From: Octopus vulgaris
Lineage: Eukaryota
DNA length: 64,000 bases
Direction of reading: 5' to 3'
Assembly (NCBI GenBank): GCA_951406725.2
Contig: OX597815.1
Coordinates: forward strand, 115,134,001 to 115,198,000
The translations under genes were made by a program, and so were the position numbers. Position 1 is the first letter of the stretch. Each line of letters opens with the position of its first letter. This document shows, one piece after another, positions 11,976-25,209 of the stretch. The notes beneath the pieces were generated by a model. That model worked only from the letters and a program-made list of their open reading frames with translations, was not told the DNA's origin and searched no databases.

Positions 11976-12978
11976 TCAAAGGACAATGATACAAATGATA
12001 TTAAGACATGGATTAAGAATTAATGAGTTGAGAGATATTTTATGACAACTGTTGACACATTACTTCCGCCAAGACTTCTCAGGGTTAAAGACCCCAGGAC
12101 CAACATAGCTAGCTTCTGATGTATCAATTTCATAACTTAAGATAGATCATTGCCCACAAAGACTACCTCATTACATTGAACCTTTCTCAATTTAAGGTCA
12201 GCAAAATATCACAGAGAAAATATAGCTTGAAAGAGTAATTTTATCATCCAGAAAGTAGCAATAATCAAAGCTTTTACATATACAAATTGAGTTCATATAT
12301 ATTAGCAGAGACAGGATTTCTATTTCCTTCACAGTCTAATTAACATTATTTTTATTCCAACAGTTATTACTCTACCAGTTACACACACAATGTTAAGTAT
12401 CTGTGCCTTGTTTTTACATAAATATGCAGTTACTGTGGGTTCCAGGCATTAGGCTCTATACTATTTATTGACAATAAGCCACAGCATATACATAGATTAA
12501 AATTGGGCACCCAAATCTGAGGGGCCCTGAAAAATTGCCTAGTGTACCCATGCCTAAAATTCTTAAGATCACTGTCCAAGTATCATGACACCAACATGAA
12601 AACATGTTATGGGTTTAACAACAGGTACTAAAAATATGAAACACATACCCTCTGGATAGGCAAAATAGGGTCTCCTTACATAGATTAAAACTATAAATAT
12701 CAATTATTACATATAAAAACTAAATGATTTTGAAATAATTATAAAAAATAGAAATTTAATACATGAAATTCATGTTTGCTTCTGGTATATGAACTAATTT
12801 CTAGAGGCAGTATATTTCATGTAAGTAATTAAAAGATTAATAGTCTTAGTAGAGAGGTAATTAAAAGTGCTTTTAAGAAAAGCATCCAATCGCAAAACAT
12901 TACATCAAGAAGTTTGTCCAACCCACTCCAGCATGGATAAGTGAATGTAAACATGATGATGATGATGCACCTTTCTCT

Positions 12979-12980
<2 letters not shown>

Positions 12981-13013
<33 letters not shown>
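12981..13013. repeat. (AT)n microsatellite
   Basis: About 16 AT units read directly. Confidence 0.95.
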
Positions 13014-13016
<3 letters not shown>

Positions 13017-13118
13017 CAATATTTGTTCTAGAAACATTTTATTTCATATGAATGTATAAAAGGGTAATAATGCCTGTTGTAAGAGGCAACTAAAAGGTTG
13101 TGTTAGGAAGGGCATCTA

Positions 13119-13298
13119 AGTGTAAAACAAAATGACCAGTCTAATCCATGTCACCATGAAAAAAGAAAATTATGATGATAACGATGAATGTGTATATTAT
13201 ATATATATAATTTTTTTTTTGTTGTTAAAATATTTCTACACATTTGTGGATAATTTACTTGACAAACACTATACTGTCTACCTGGAATACTTACAGCA
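13119..13298 (+). repeat. Local 180-bp direct duplication, copy 2 (probable source)
   Basis: Continuous upstream with an RTE-tail motif (ttaggaagggcatct) that copy 1 lacks. Confidence 0.9.
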
Positions 13299-13564
13299 CC
13301 TGCCTGATAAGAGAAATGACTACACTGAGCACTTTTTAATGCTTTGCACACACACACAACTAATATTCAACAACATCCTACACAAAACAGAGTGTCTATT
13401 GAGGTGAAAATGAGTCCTCTTGTCTCAAAATAATCAGATCGCTTTTTCTTTAATGGCATATTTCAGAGAATTCTTAAATCTAGAAATAATCACCAAGTGA
13501 TTATTTTACATTCTCTATAAATTTGTTCAAATCCAAACTATTGATCATTGAGCTATTTTACGAG

Positions 13565-13883
13565 CCTGTTTTGCAACCATGTAGCTTTGGGCTCAGTTCA
13601 GTTCTAGTATAGCCCTGGGTCAATCAATGTCCTGTGAGTAAATTTAATAGATGGAAACTGTGTGGAAGTCCATTGTGTATATGTGGGTGCTTGTTCCCCT
13701 CCCACTACTTGACAACAGGGGTTGGTTTGTTTATATCACTGACAGTGGTTTGGCAATGAAATCAATATAATAAGTACCAAATTTTAAAAATAAGTACTGG
13801 AATCAATTTATTCAACTAAATCATTTGAAGGCAGAGTCCCAGCATGGCCACATGCCAATGACAGAAACAAGCACAAGATAAAA
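13565..13883 (+). mobile_element. tRNA-derived SINE, decayed
   Basis: gtgagtaaatttaatagatggaaactgtgtggaag...ccagcatggccacatgccaatgacagaaacaag, colinear with the 21.9 kb copy. Confidence 0.75.
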
Positions 13884-14715
13884 TAGTGTGTATTGTGTAT
13901 TTTCTTCCATGGGTTGAGATTTTTGGGTATACATTTGTAGACATGATTCTAGAGAGAAAGAATGTGTTGTCTTCATTGATGGTGACTAAATCACACCTTT
14001 CTTGCTAGACAGACATGTTAACCATTACACAGGTATGTGGCCATCTTTTCTTTTATTTACACAAAAAGTATTTACTTCTTTGAGATTTTAATTCATCACC
14101 ATAGATACCTTTTTTCCAGTTCATTTCGAATTTTACTTAACTCTGTTTAGGCAAAAGATGAATCTCCTACTTACAAAGCAATATATGTAAGTCTAATATA
14201 CCATCTAGTATACACAACCACCATCTGGTTTTCAGGTTTCTTTAGCTGGATTGAATTATAAGCATTTGAAATAAGATGCACACACACATATGATTATAAA
14301 AACCACTTGCTGAAGGAGCCACATGTTGAGACTGAACCTGAAACCATGTGATTGCAAAGCAGAATTAACTACACAGCTACTCTTGTACAATGCATACATA
14401 CATGCATTAGTTATTTGAAGATATTTAAATTTTAGTAGTGTTTTTGTTCCCTTAGATATTTAATGTTATTTTGTACAATTTTTCCCGACAACATGCATTA
14501 ACATTGTTTTACACAGCTTTTCCTTGCTGACATGATTAGATGGGTTTTTCATAGCTGGATATCCTTTGTGTTGCCAATTCTTTCAGATGCTTCTGATGAT
14601 ACAGAAATGTGGTGTACTTATTCTAAACCAGGATATACATTGTATTGTTGAGCACATGTATTGTTTAATGCAGTTTCAATATACAGTTCTTTGAGATGTG
14701 CACATACTATGCATA

Positions 14716-15690
14716 TGTAGCATATGCTTAGTGAAATTCTCTCTCTCTCTGTTATATATGCATAAGTATGGAGGTAGCAGATAACAGCTAGCCTTCGGAC
14801 GCTTGGACCCTGTTGTGTCCACTACTCTGATTGGTTGGTATTGGTGCAGTTTGTCTTGCTCTATTACGTGCCAATGTGCAACCCAATCAATCTCAGCCTT
14901 CTGATAAGGTCCGTGATACAGTCTTCTAAATCTCCATTGGAGCCTACTGGTCCCTATAAAAAGCTAGTCCAACACTGAGTCGAAGTCTTTGGTTCTAGAC
15001 CTTCTAACCACTGACCAGTTCCAGTGACTACACCAGCAACAACATGGAGAAACATCAATACTTTGTCCAGCAGCATACAGAACTTCCATCTCCATCGCCT
15101 CCATCTTCTTAACGATGCCAACCACATCTCTAAGTACACAGCAACCGTCACCAGGTTCTATCTCCACACTGTTTGTGAATTACGTCACCAAGGTTAACAG
15201 CAAATACAACCTGCAAGATCTTCCTGTATCAAGTGACCGGCAGCAGCATAGTAGCCACAACTTCTTACATGACGTGCTTCAACTGGCTCTGCTTCTTCGG
15301 CACAACTTCTTGTTACAGCCCTTCAACTATTGTATACCTTACTACAAACTGGTATTTTATCTTCATTATGTGCAAACATTCTTCTAGCGTCCTATTATAA
15401 ACTCTTTCAATGCTCTGTATTTTATCTCACACACATACATATTATGTATACATGACGGCCTGTCTATTATTATTATTATTATATATGTGCATATGTCGCA
15501 CACACAGACACACACACATGTTAACACCTAAAAAAAATCTTCTCTTAAACATTCTATGGTTGTGTCATTTTTATTTTCCTGCTGGCACTCACATTTATTT
15601 ATCCATTTTTGCTTTTATTGTAAGCGACCGTGCAGTGTATTAAAGGAGTCATTCATTCATCACCTCTCCTTTCGCGCAGTTGTTCTTACA
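14716..15690 (+). mobile_element. Solo LTR (LTR-B), Gypsy-like, with 4-bp TSD
   Basis: cata|TGTAG...TTACA|cata (TSD at 14712-14715 and 15691-15694); CCAAT/ATTGG boxes, TATAAAA at 14955, ATTAAA at 15639; homologous along its length to 24177-25175. Confidence 0.85.
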
Positions 15691-16194
15691 CATAAACTAC
15701 TTTTCACACAAACACACTTTTGTATAGAGTATGAAAGTATGTATTTGTGTGTGTGTGTGTGAATGTGTAGTGTATGTATGCATGTAAGTGACAATGTGTT
15801 TGTGCAGTAAACAGGCTTACAAACTATATTTAAGTCTTTTGTTCCAGTCAACAACTGTACTTAGATAACTAAGATAATTTAGATATGCGTTTGTAATTCA
15901 GGTTATCAAACTCAAGCATAAATATGTCTGTGTGGTAGCGATAAACTTACAAATCAGAAATGAATTGTTGTTAAGTTAAGTGGTCTGGACAAATATAAAA
16001 ATGAGCTGAAACTGTGGGATGTAGAAGTGTTAGATATATGAAGATACTACCCTCAAGTAAGAATAGAGAGAGAAAAATCAAAAATAATACATAAAAACAC
16101 CGAAAATTAGGTGAATCCTAAATTTCAGTCAATCCTTATTAATTTAGGGATTATATATCATTCCAGAATCTGCTCACTTGACAAACTTAGTTTT

Positions 16195-16226
16195 TGTGTG
16201 TGTGTGTGTGTGTGTGCGCGCGTGCG

Positions 16227-16275
<49 letters not shown>
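16195..16275. repeat. Compound (TG)n(CG)n(AG)n microsatellite
   Basis: Read directly. Confidence 0.95.
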
Positions 16276-16276
<1 letters not shown>

Positions 16277-19034
16277 GCTGCATTCAGATTAATTTGAATT
16301 AGCAACTATTTCATGTCTACGCCACCTTGTTACCACCACCACTAGCAACACAACCACCATTTCACAATGCCAACAGTGAATAATAAAGAAGAATGTAAAA
16401 ATTTTAAATGTGACTTGAAAAGAACATTCCATAAAAATTATGACAAAATACTGGGGTCATTCATTTCAAGATAAGATTTTCTCCAGGGCTAATCTGTACA
16501 ACACTGCTTATATAAACTAACTTCTGAAAGATTATCATCAAGAAAAATAAAACAAAATAGGAAGTCCTATTGAAGTTAGTGCCCCACCCTTTCTTTCAGC
16601 ATTATGTTAGGATCCTAAAGCAAGCTTAAAATTGTATTGTAAGTGGTATGCATGTAGCTATACTATACACCACTAGCTTGCCAAGAGACCAGCACGACAA
16701 ACAAGCTGTGTGATATTACCTGGCCAAACAACTACCTGCTTGCTTGACAACTTTACAAAACTAGTAGCAAGCCAGTAAGAAAAGTGCACAAGCAAGAAGA
16801 ATAGCATAGAAACAGAGAAATGGATGAAGTGACCACCCAAGTCAGTCACTGTAACATCAATAACAGAGACAGCCTGATAAGTGGGGTGGTAGGTGAGATA
16901 TGAGATGTTATGTTTAGTGTTCATGATGACAGCAATTACGGCTGTTCGAAGTAAAAGGAAAAAGAACTGGTCCTGACAACAACAGTAGCTTCGGCTCTGT
17001 CAATGTTTCTCCCATTAATAACTGCAAGAAGTAGTGTAGTTCAACTACTACTTATATTTACTGTTTTATTTACTTTGCAACAGCTGTTTCTCAAATTCAT
17101 AAACAAAACATTACACAAGATATTTACACATAAATGTCTCTGTGAAAAAGCCCCTCCCACTGTCATCCATTAAGCGATCAGAGAAATATGAAGTGCCAAG
17201 TGGTTCATTTTATATTTACTTAGTTACTATAAAATGGTGGTGCAGCCAGACAAAGATAAACAGCTGCATTAACATAATGTATTCAAGGGTATATATAATA
17301 CAGAAACATCATCATACTAGCTTTAATTACATTCTGAAACAAATCTCTTTCTGTAAGTTTAGCAGTTGGTTATCTGAAAGCTTTAGTCATACAGTTAACA
17401 TAGTAAGAGAATATTTTAATAAATTAAAAGAATATTTGTCTTGTAATACTGGTCCAGGTCAAACCAGAAACAATGTTACAAGGGATGAAGTCAAAGATGA
17501 TATTACAAGAATATTTGGTCAAAAAGAAAAAAAAAACCATCAGCAGTAGGAGAGCTAAGGGAAATAATTCATGCCACTTGCCCACTTGAATTAAGATATA
17601 CTGATGTCCTCAACGTCATAAACACACAAAACTATGATAAAGAAATTTCCCTTTGAGTTGAAGAAAGAAATCAAAAGTCTTGCAATATCTCAGTGACTCT
17701 CAGATAAAAAGGAAACAATTTCGAAAAAAAATTAATCAATTTCATAAAGTTACATAGAGGGGAAAACCTGACAGCTACTGACAAAGTTTTTATATAACTG
17801 GACATCAAGTGTAGCCTAACTTGAGCCTGCTTGATTAGTTGAAAAAGATTTACCTCAAGAGTTATGAAGATTTAAACCCAGTAGTAACATGTATGATTAA
17901 AAAATAAAATGGGCTGAAAGAAATAACTCACATGGATCATTGGTAAGTTTGGATATCAAATTGAAGATTGATGTACAGATTGACATGCAAAGAAATTTTT
18001 AGTTCCAATAAATAAATAAACAAATAAAGGTGACTGTTTTGCAATTTCAGTTGGAGTGGCAGAATGGTTTCAACTTTAAGATTTGAAACTTTTGTTGAGA
18101 ACTCAGCCACAAAGGTTGTACTCAGGAAATTTTTGTAGAAAAAACCTACATTCCATTCAGGGTATGGTTCCCTACACAAAATGCTGTTTTTTTAGAACCT
18201 TTGCACAAACCATTCAGTCTAATTGGGGCATGTCAGTTAGGAGATTGAGCATATATCTACACTTGTATGGTCAGGTCAGAGCACAGTTTATTTCTTGCTT
18301 TTAAAGAATATCTGGGAGTTACCTATGTCTGCAAGCCTCCCTCTCTAAACAACTGTTTTAAGAAAAAGACTGCTGCAGCTTAGTACCTGTGTTGTCACAG
18401 GTACTGCATTCATGTTGCAAACAACCTAAAGAGATACTGTATGGCATCTATCCAGACACTAACAGTTTTGCTAATCCATCACCATGGATTGCTTTTATGT
18501 TGATCCCCAAAAGAATGAAAGGCAAAGTCAACCTTGGAAGGATTAGAATGTAGATCTCAGAGAGCAGAACATTTTATACAATACCTAATTGACTTCCAAC
18601 TTGTCCTCATTATTTAACGCATTACCCCTTAACTATTTTGTTAGTGATTCACTCTGGGTTATTTCCTTTAGCTCATATTATTTTTCTGTTAAACTAATTA
18701 CTAATGATCCAAATATCTCCATCAGTTTTTATATATAAAAACCTTTATCAATGAATGAATAAATATTTTATGTAAGACAGCTAAATGGAGTCAGTTGTTT
18801 TTTTTTTTATTTATGCATAGTTAGGAATATTTGTCAATGGAGTAATAATAGGAAAAATGCAAGTTGTGACTAGCACTATGAACACATAAATGTTCCTACA
18901 GGTCTTACATATCACCAAATACAGACAACACTTTTACAGGAGAGAGAAACCTTTTGTTAATGTTTAGTCTCAGCACAACCTTGCTCAATCAAACAGACTA
19001 TGATCAAAAGTATTTCAGCAATAGACATCAAGAA

Positions 19035-19870
19035 TAAGATGCATTCAAAAAGTATCTGACTTTATTTCCCCCCTGCCAAAACTAATGCTCTATGGGGAAA
19101 AAAATCCTTTGGGTGAGAGGTGATGTCACCCTTTGTGTGCATGTGAAAAATTTTGCACCAGTAGGCCACATCAGTTCCTGGTTGTTATATCTATAGTACA
19201 GACATGTAGTGTTTGCTTGCCGGATTTTCATTTCCACTGAATAAACGGAGCAGAGATATTGCATCAAGTTTTGTCAAAAGCTTGGTGACACTCAAACTAT
19301 CCAGAAGATTCAGCAGACCTTTGGCAATGATGCCATTAACAAAACTCAGATCAAGGGGTGGTACAACCACTTCAAACATGGCTACACTTCAGTAGAGGGT
19401 GAGGCATGCTCAAGTAGGCCACCCACAAGCTGAAACAAGGAGTTGATCGAGAAGGTTCAGTGAATAGTCATGGAAAACTGACATGTAGCAATCTAGGAAA
19501 TTGCTCGTGAAGTGAGAATAAGCATAGGATCAGTGCATTCCATTTTAATAGAGGTCTTGCGCATGTGGAGAGTATCAGCAAAATTTTCCCCCAAGGTGTT
19601 GGAGAATAGTAGAAGAATGGAAATCACCGAGGACATACTGGAATGTGCAAACCACAACCCAGACATCATGAAGGTCCTCATTACTGGTGATGAGATATGG
19701 GTTTATGGCCTCTGCTTGATTCATGCAGTCATCTTGCATGAAAAGAAAAAATCTGACAAGCATGCATTACATGTCTGTACTTCAGGCATAACTGCTGGGA
19801 ACTGATGTGGTCTACAAACACAAAAATTTTCACATATGCGCAGGAAGGGTGGCATCGCTTCCCACCCACC
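19035..19870 (+). mobile_element. Fold-back mariner derivative (5' half of transposase plus inverted copy of the 5' end)
   Basis: Transposase remnant EQRYCIKFCQKLGDTQ...IKGWYNHFKHG...ISIGSVHSIL...RVSAKFSPK...ITGDEIWVYG, which includes the first catalytic Asp. 19710-19870 is the reverse complement of 19111-19255. Confidence 0.9.
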
Positions 19871-21087
19871 ATTATTAAATGAATTCTTTGTCTATCTATG
19901 TTTTAGACAACGGATCTATTTTTTCAGTAAGTTGAGTATTTGATTAAAGGTTATCCTACTCATGCAAAATCTTTTATTAATAAAAATATCAAGGTTATGA
20001 ACTGCTTGCATTTCCTATGAAGCTTAACCCCCTTGTTATAGCAAACTTTACATCTTGTGTTAATCAAGTCCTAATGTAATAGAAATGATCAAGTACTTGA
20101 ATTTAGTTATTTGAACATTGTGTGATCTCAAGTCAAAGTTGCCATCTAGCAAAAAGCAGTTCACAAATGATGACCATTAAGTAAATATTTTATTTACCTT
20201 AGAAAGGGGTTAATAAATGAAGTTAATCACTCAAGGTTCTGGATTTGTGAATGGGTGAGAATGACTACTGACTAAAAGGAAGAGAGAAATAGCAAACTGT
20301 GAAAGAAGGAAGTGAAATTAGGACAAAAATAACTGTTGGTTATGAGCTCAGCTTATCAGAAATTTACTTTGCATTCAGAAATGCTCATAATAGAATGAAT
20401 ATACTGGAACTTAGAAACTTTTTTCACAAATAAATTTGATGAATCACCCCAAAATTACTAAAATAATCTGATGCTAACCAGAAAAGTAACCGCCAGTGTG
20501 GATCATAGAAAAAAAGGAAAGTCTTGATTTAAAGAAAAGCATTCAGTAAATTTTCATTTAATTTTTTGCTTCAGCCAAAAATTTCACTCAACATAGACAG
20601 GTGAATTACAGGTGACTGGTCAAAGAAAATATTTGTTCACCTGATTAGATAGTAAAAGATAGGCAAGTAACAGCTTCATAATTTTAAAATAGCCCCCTTC
20701 TAGTGTCATCATCAGAGATCAGTGGCCATTTAGAGACTGGTGTAAGTGATGACCATCAACACAAACTTCGAGTTTCACTTTATTTCTTCACAAAAGCTGA
20801 CTTCATTATAACAGTAGTTATAAAGTGAGAGATGTTTGGAGGATTAATCAACAAAATTACAATGTACTTTAGATGGTTCTTATGCTGTCATCAATAGAAT
20901 TATAAGTCTTCACCATATATTGACAAAATAAAATAGTGTAATTCAGAGCATATAAGACCCTACAATAGAACAAAAAAATGTGCATTAATATGGGTACTAA
21001 TGTACATTGTCATCCGTTATGGAGATTTATATTCCCTAATATTAGACTATTGTCTACAGTCAATATATGATGAAGGTTTATAATTCT

Positions 21088-21091
<4 letters not shown>

Positions 21092-21142
<51 letters not shown>
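21092..21142. repeat. (CA)n microsatellite
   Basis: About 25 CA units read directly. Confidence 0.95.
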
Positions 21143-21143
<1 letters not shown>

Positions 21144-21912
21144 CCATGTTCATACTCTTATATTTACCAATCTCTACCACCACACTTCACTCATCAACAA
21201 ACATGTAGCTACTATTACTGTTTCTTCTCACTCTCTCTCCTAACTCCCTCTCACCCAGTCAGCGTCTCCCATCATATTTTTTAATATTTTCTTTACCTTT
21301 TCACCCTAGTTTATCTCTTATCATCATTCTCCCTTTTATTCATCATTTTGATCATGCTGCCCTGAAATAAGGAGACAATGCAGAGTAGTAAGGATATTTT
21401 AGTATTGCTGGGCACAAGTCCCTAGTGCTGATACCATGATAAAATGTACTCAGTCTACTATAAACTGGTCAGAAAACAGGGAGACAACATGAACTTAGAG
21501 GACCATTTAAACTTAATGTAGACACGATGATCTCTCTGGTGCTGCTGCCATAATAAAATGTATCTAGTATACTCTGTAAGGTAGTTAGTGTTAGTAAGAA
21601 CATCCAGCAATAGAACCATGCCAAAAACATCAGATGACTCAGATATGACATGGCCAATCTATATCAGCATGAAATGTAAATGCAGAATGAGTGATATTAA
21701 GAAGTCACAAAATTTCACATTGACTTCAATACATAACACAAACTCGGGAGTTAACAATGTTTTCTTTCTTTTTTTCTTCTTAATCTTGATAGAAACACAA
21801 AAAATCAAATAACAGCTACATGGTTTGTGAATGAGAATACATAAGATAGCCTTGTTAATAAAATATTTTAATTGAAACTAAGATGTAATCAATACTTTCC
21901 AAATAATTAAGG

Positions 21913-22240
21913 CAACCACATAGTTCTGGGTTCAGTCCCACTGTGTGGCACCTTCGGCAAGTGTCTTCTACTATAGCCTCAAGCTGACCAAAGCCTTGTG
22001 AGTGGATTTGGTAGATGGTAACTGAAAGAAGCCTGTCATATATGTGTGTGTATGTCTGTATTTGTCCCCCCAACATCGCTTGACAACCGATGCTGGTGTG
22101 TTTACATCTTAGCGGTTCAGCAAAAGAGACCGATAGAATAAGTACTAGGCTTACAAAGAATAAGTCCTGGGATCGATTTGTTTGACTAAAGGCGGTGCTC
22201 CAGCATGGCTGCAGTCAAATGATTGAAACAGATAAAAGAA
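21913..22240 (+). mobile_element. tRNA-derived SINE, relatively young
   Basis: gggttcagtcccactgtgtggcacc...ctaaaggcggtgctccagcatggctgcagtcaaatgattgaaacag; highly similar to 25630-26020. Confidence 0.9.
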
Positions 22241-23475
22241 TATTTAATGCAGAGAGCATTAAAAATGCAACTAGAAATAATGTTACAGTGAGAGAAATCA
22301 ATATTACTGAAACTAATTTGGCAATAATGGGAGACAACTCCAGACATATTTTAGTCTTATGACCTTATCAATGATGAATAGACTTGACTATTTACTGAAA
22401 TAGCGATGCAAGAATCATTAGGTACAAACTTTTATACCAGTTGATGGAGAAAAATAGAAATGCTTTGAAAATGAATAGCTCAGGATCATTATAGACATGA
22501 AAGATAAAAATTACACAAGTGATAACATATTTAATAACGTAAATGAAAAACTTGAAAAACTAAAGAAAATGTTTAAGATTTTAATATGGAGTCTCATAAC
22601 TTCACCTTGTCATACATGTATACATTCATCATAACTTGTTATTTTCAACCTAATAGTTAGAGAAGGACTGTTTTTTCAATTTTCTAGCTGTTGTTTTTAA
22701 ACCGGCACAAGACATACACTTATATATATAACAGGCCTATACCAAACCTGTAGAAATCAAACTGTTAGCTGTAGTCTCCAGACAGAAGTGCTATTCATTA
22801 ACTTCAAAATGGTTTTCTATAACCAAAATAAAATAAAATTTATTTTTTAATAAGCTCTAAAATAGGACTGATAACAGTTTGTACATAAAGTACTTCATCA
22901 ATAAAGAAATTCAAGAGAAGCATTTACTGTCTAAATTTTAATTAAACCAGATAAATGAATAACATCAAAAATACTTAGTGTTAGCCATAACATCTTAAAA
23001 TGAAAGCATTTCAGATTAATCAACTACACTTGAAAAAATCCTGCCAAGAACAATTCCTGGGTCAGAGTAGACTGGACATGACATGAAAATCAACCAATGA
23101 GAGGCCTAATTAACTAAACAACAAACAGCAAGCATTATTCTTAACGCTACAATTCAGTTGCTTTTATGGAACTCTGGTTTACGAAGATTACTTTTTCAGT
23201 TAATTAATTTAACCATTTCACTGACACCAATAAAGCAAATAGTTTCATAATAGCGTCATTTACTGTTGTAAAATAGTTCCAGTCAGTGAAAGTTTTGATA
23301 ATAAAAATTCTTTTAAAAGTGCATTAAGGTAATTTTAACCCTTTGCCTGTCTTGTGTATTATGTGACATACACAATGTATTTTCCAAATATCTTTGCACC
23401 AAATATGATACACATTACCTTTTTTTTTTCAACTATTAGAATAATTTGCAACTTATGAAAGGAAAGCATTATATT

Positions 23476-23898
23476 TGTAGCGAGGTACAAGAAACCAGAG
23501 CCATTTTGTATGAGATCTCGCCGGTAGACATTACCATGTCCGAGACAGGAGCAAGATCTTGCCTGCAACCATTTGCCATGTGCAAGATGACAGCAAGACT
23601 CTTGTTGGCAATGACTATTTAAGCAGGAGAATTAAGACATTCTTTCTCTTTCTTCCTTCTCGCTTACGCTGAGAAACACTATGAAGCTGGCAGCTCACAG
23701 CGGACTCTTATCCCGCTCTAACTTCACTTGTTATCTCCAGAGGTAATGAACCTCACGTAAACGGAGCTATAATGAACCACGTGCTGCCATAAAGATGGTC
23801 ACTGGGAGCGAGCCACATGAACGAGAACTAAAAATAAACAACTATTGAATTGCACTCTGCTTGTAAACTTCTTCGTATTCTAAATCCTTAAGACTACA
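23476..23898 (+). mobile_element. LTR (LTR-A) of a composite non-autonomous LTR element
   Basis: TGTAG...CTACA inverted termini, TATTTAA at 23616, AATAAA at 23833; CpGs retained, unlike the flanks. Confidence 0.7.
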
Positions 23899-24176
23899 GA
23901 AATAATTGTAATGGGAGGAGAAACTCCACAGGTATCATAAGCCTACAATTCCATTATAAAATGGTGACCCTGAAGAAAAAAAGGATTTTCAGCAGCTGAA
24001 AGCTTCTATCATTGTCAAAGTGGCTCACCCGGCTTAGAACACACATTTCTTTCCATAGTTCAGTGCCAGCTTTCATTTTACTCTAATGACCAACCATTCT
24101 AATTTTACCTCTTCACTACAGAATATCTTCCTTTTATCAATTTTGTATCCCACAAAATGACTGGTGAGGGGCTATC
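23899..24176 (+). mobile_element. Short non-coding internal region with PBS-like and PPT-like motifs
   Basis: TGGTGACCCTGA at 23962 (Gypsy-type PBS form) and purine-rich ggtgagggg at 24163-24171 just before the TG of the next LTR. Confidence 0.6.
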
Positions 24177-25209
24177 TGCAGTGTACACTTGAGGGAAATT
24201 CCTCCCCTCTCTATTATATATATACATAAATACGAAAGTAGTAGATAACAGCTAGCCTTTGGCTGCATTTTGGACTCTGTTGTGTCCACTACTCTGATTG
24301 GTTGGTATTGGTGCAATTTGTCTCTTGCTCTATCATGCACCAACATGCAACCCAACCAATTGCAGCCTTCAAATAAGGTCATGTGTGACAGCCTGTTTTC
24401 TACCCAGCTTTGAGCCTACAACTTCTTATAAAACTCCAGCTTCTCATTGTCTCAATGTCTTTCGGTTCCAGACCTTCTAAGGTCTAACCACTGACCACAC
24501 AAGACACAGCCTGTTCCAGTGACAACACAACAGCAGCCACATGGAGACTCACCAACTTCATCCAACAGCATTCAGTGACCTCCATCTCTGTCACCACCAT
24601 TCGTCCTAATGTCAACATCTCTCTATGTACTCACACTGGTTACAACACTGCACTGTTCGTGAATTACTTCACCATGGATCAACAGCAAATGTACAACCTG
24701 CAAGAACTCCTGTACCAAGTGACCCAGGCAGCAGTATTACAGCCACAACTTCACGTACAACAGGTACTGCATCATCGCTGCAACTTCTTGATACGGTATT
24801 TCAACTATCATGTACGAACTGGTATTTATGATTCTTGTGTCTATGAACTTACTCCTTACTTCGATGGCTACAGACTCTTTCACCATCTCTTCATCATCAC
24901 CATCCTTATATGTTCTCAACATGCATACGTCTAATGCTTACATACACACACATACATCTTATTCTTATGATGGCCTGTCTATTATTCTGTATATATGACG
25001 CACACACAATCACACATGTTAACATATCAATAAATCTTCTCTAAAACATTCTTCCCGGTTGTGTCCCTTATTTCCCTCTGGCACATATATGCATTGTTCT
25101 ATTTATATTTATTGTATTGACCGTGTGATGTACTAAGGAGTCATTCTCATCACTTCGTTTCGCACGGACGTCACAAATCAGCGACCCATTCCAGCTCCTT
25201 GAAGCTACA
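24177..25209 (+). mobile_element. LTR-B second copy, followed by a truncated repeat of the internal region to 25263
   Basis: Aligns with the solo LTR at 14716-15690 (ataacagctagcc...ctactctgattggttggtattggtgca...aaggagtcatt); ends GCTACA; 25196-25263 repeats 23885-23952. Confidence 0.8.

Noticed and set aside
11809-13407. Two near-identical ORFs starting MTSLIHVTMKK, suggesting paralogous peptides
   Set aside because: Produced by the 180-bp DNA duplication of low-complexity, repeat-tail sequence.
16653-17026. Possible solo LTR (TGTAG...CTGCA)
   Set aside because: No matching TSD and no second copy in the window.
24575-24934. Gln/His-rich ORFs in LTR-B (also 15115-15387)
   Set aside because: Start, end and frame are not maintained between the two LTR copies and no domain is recognisable.
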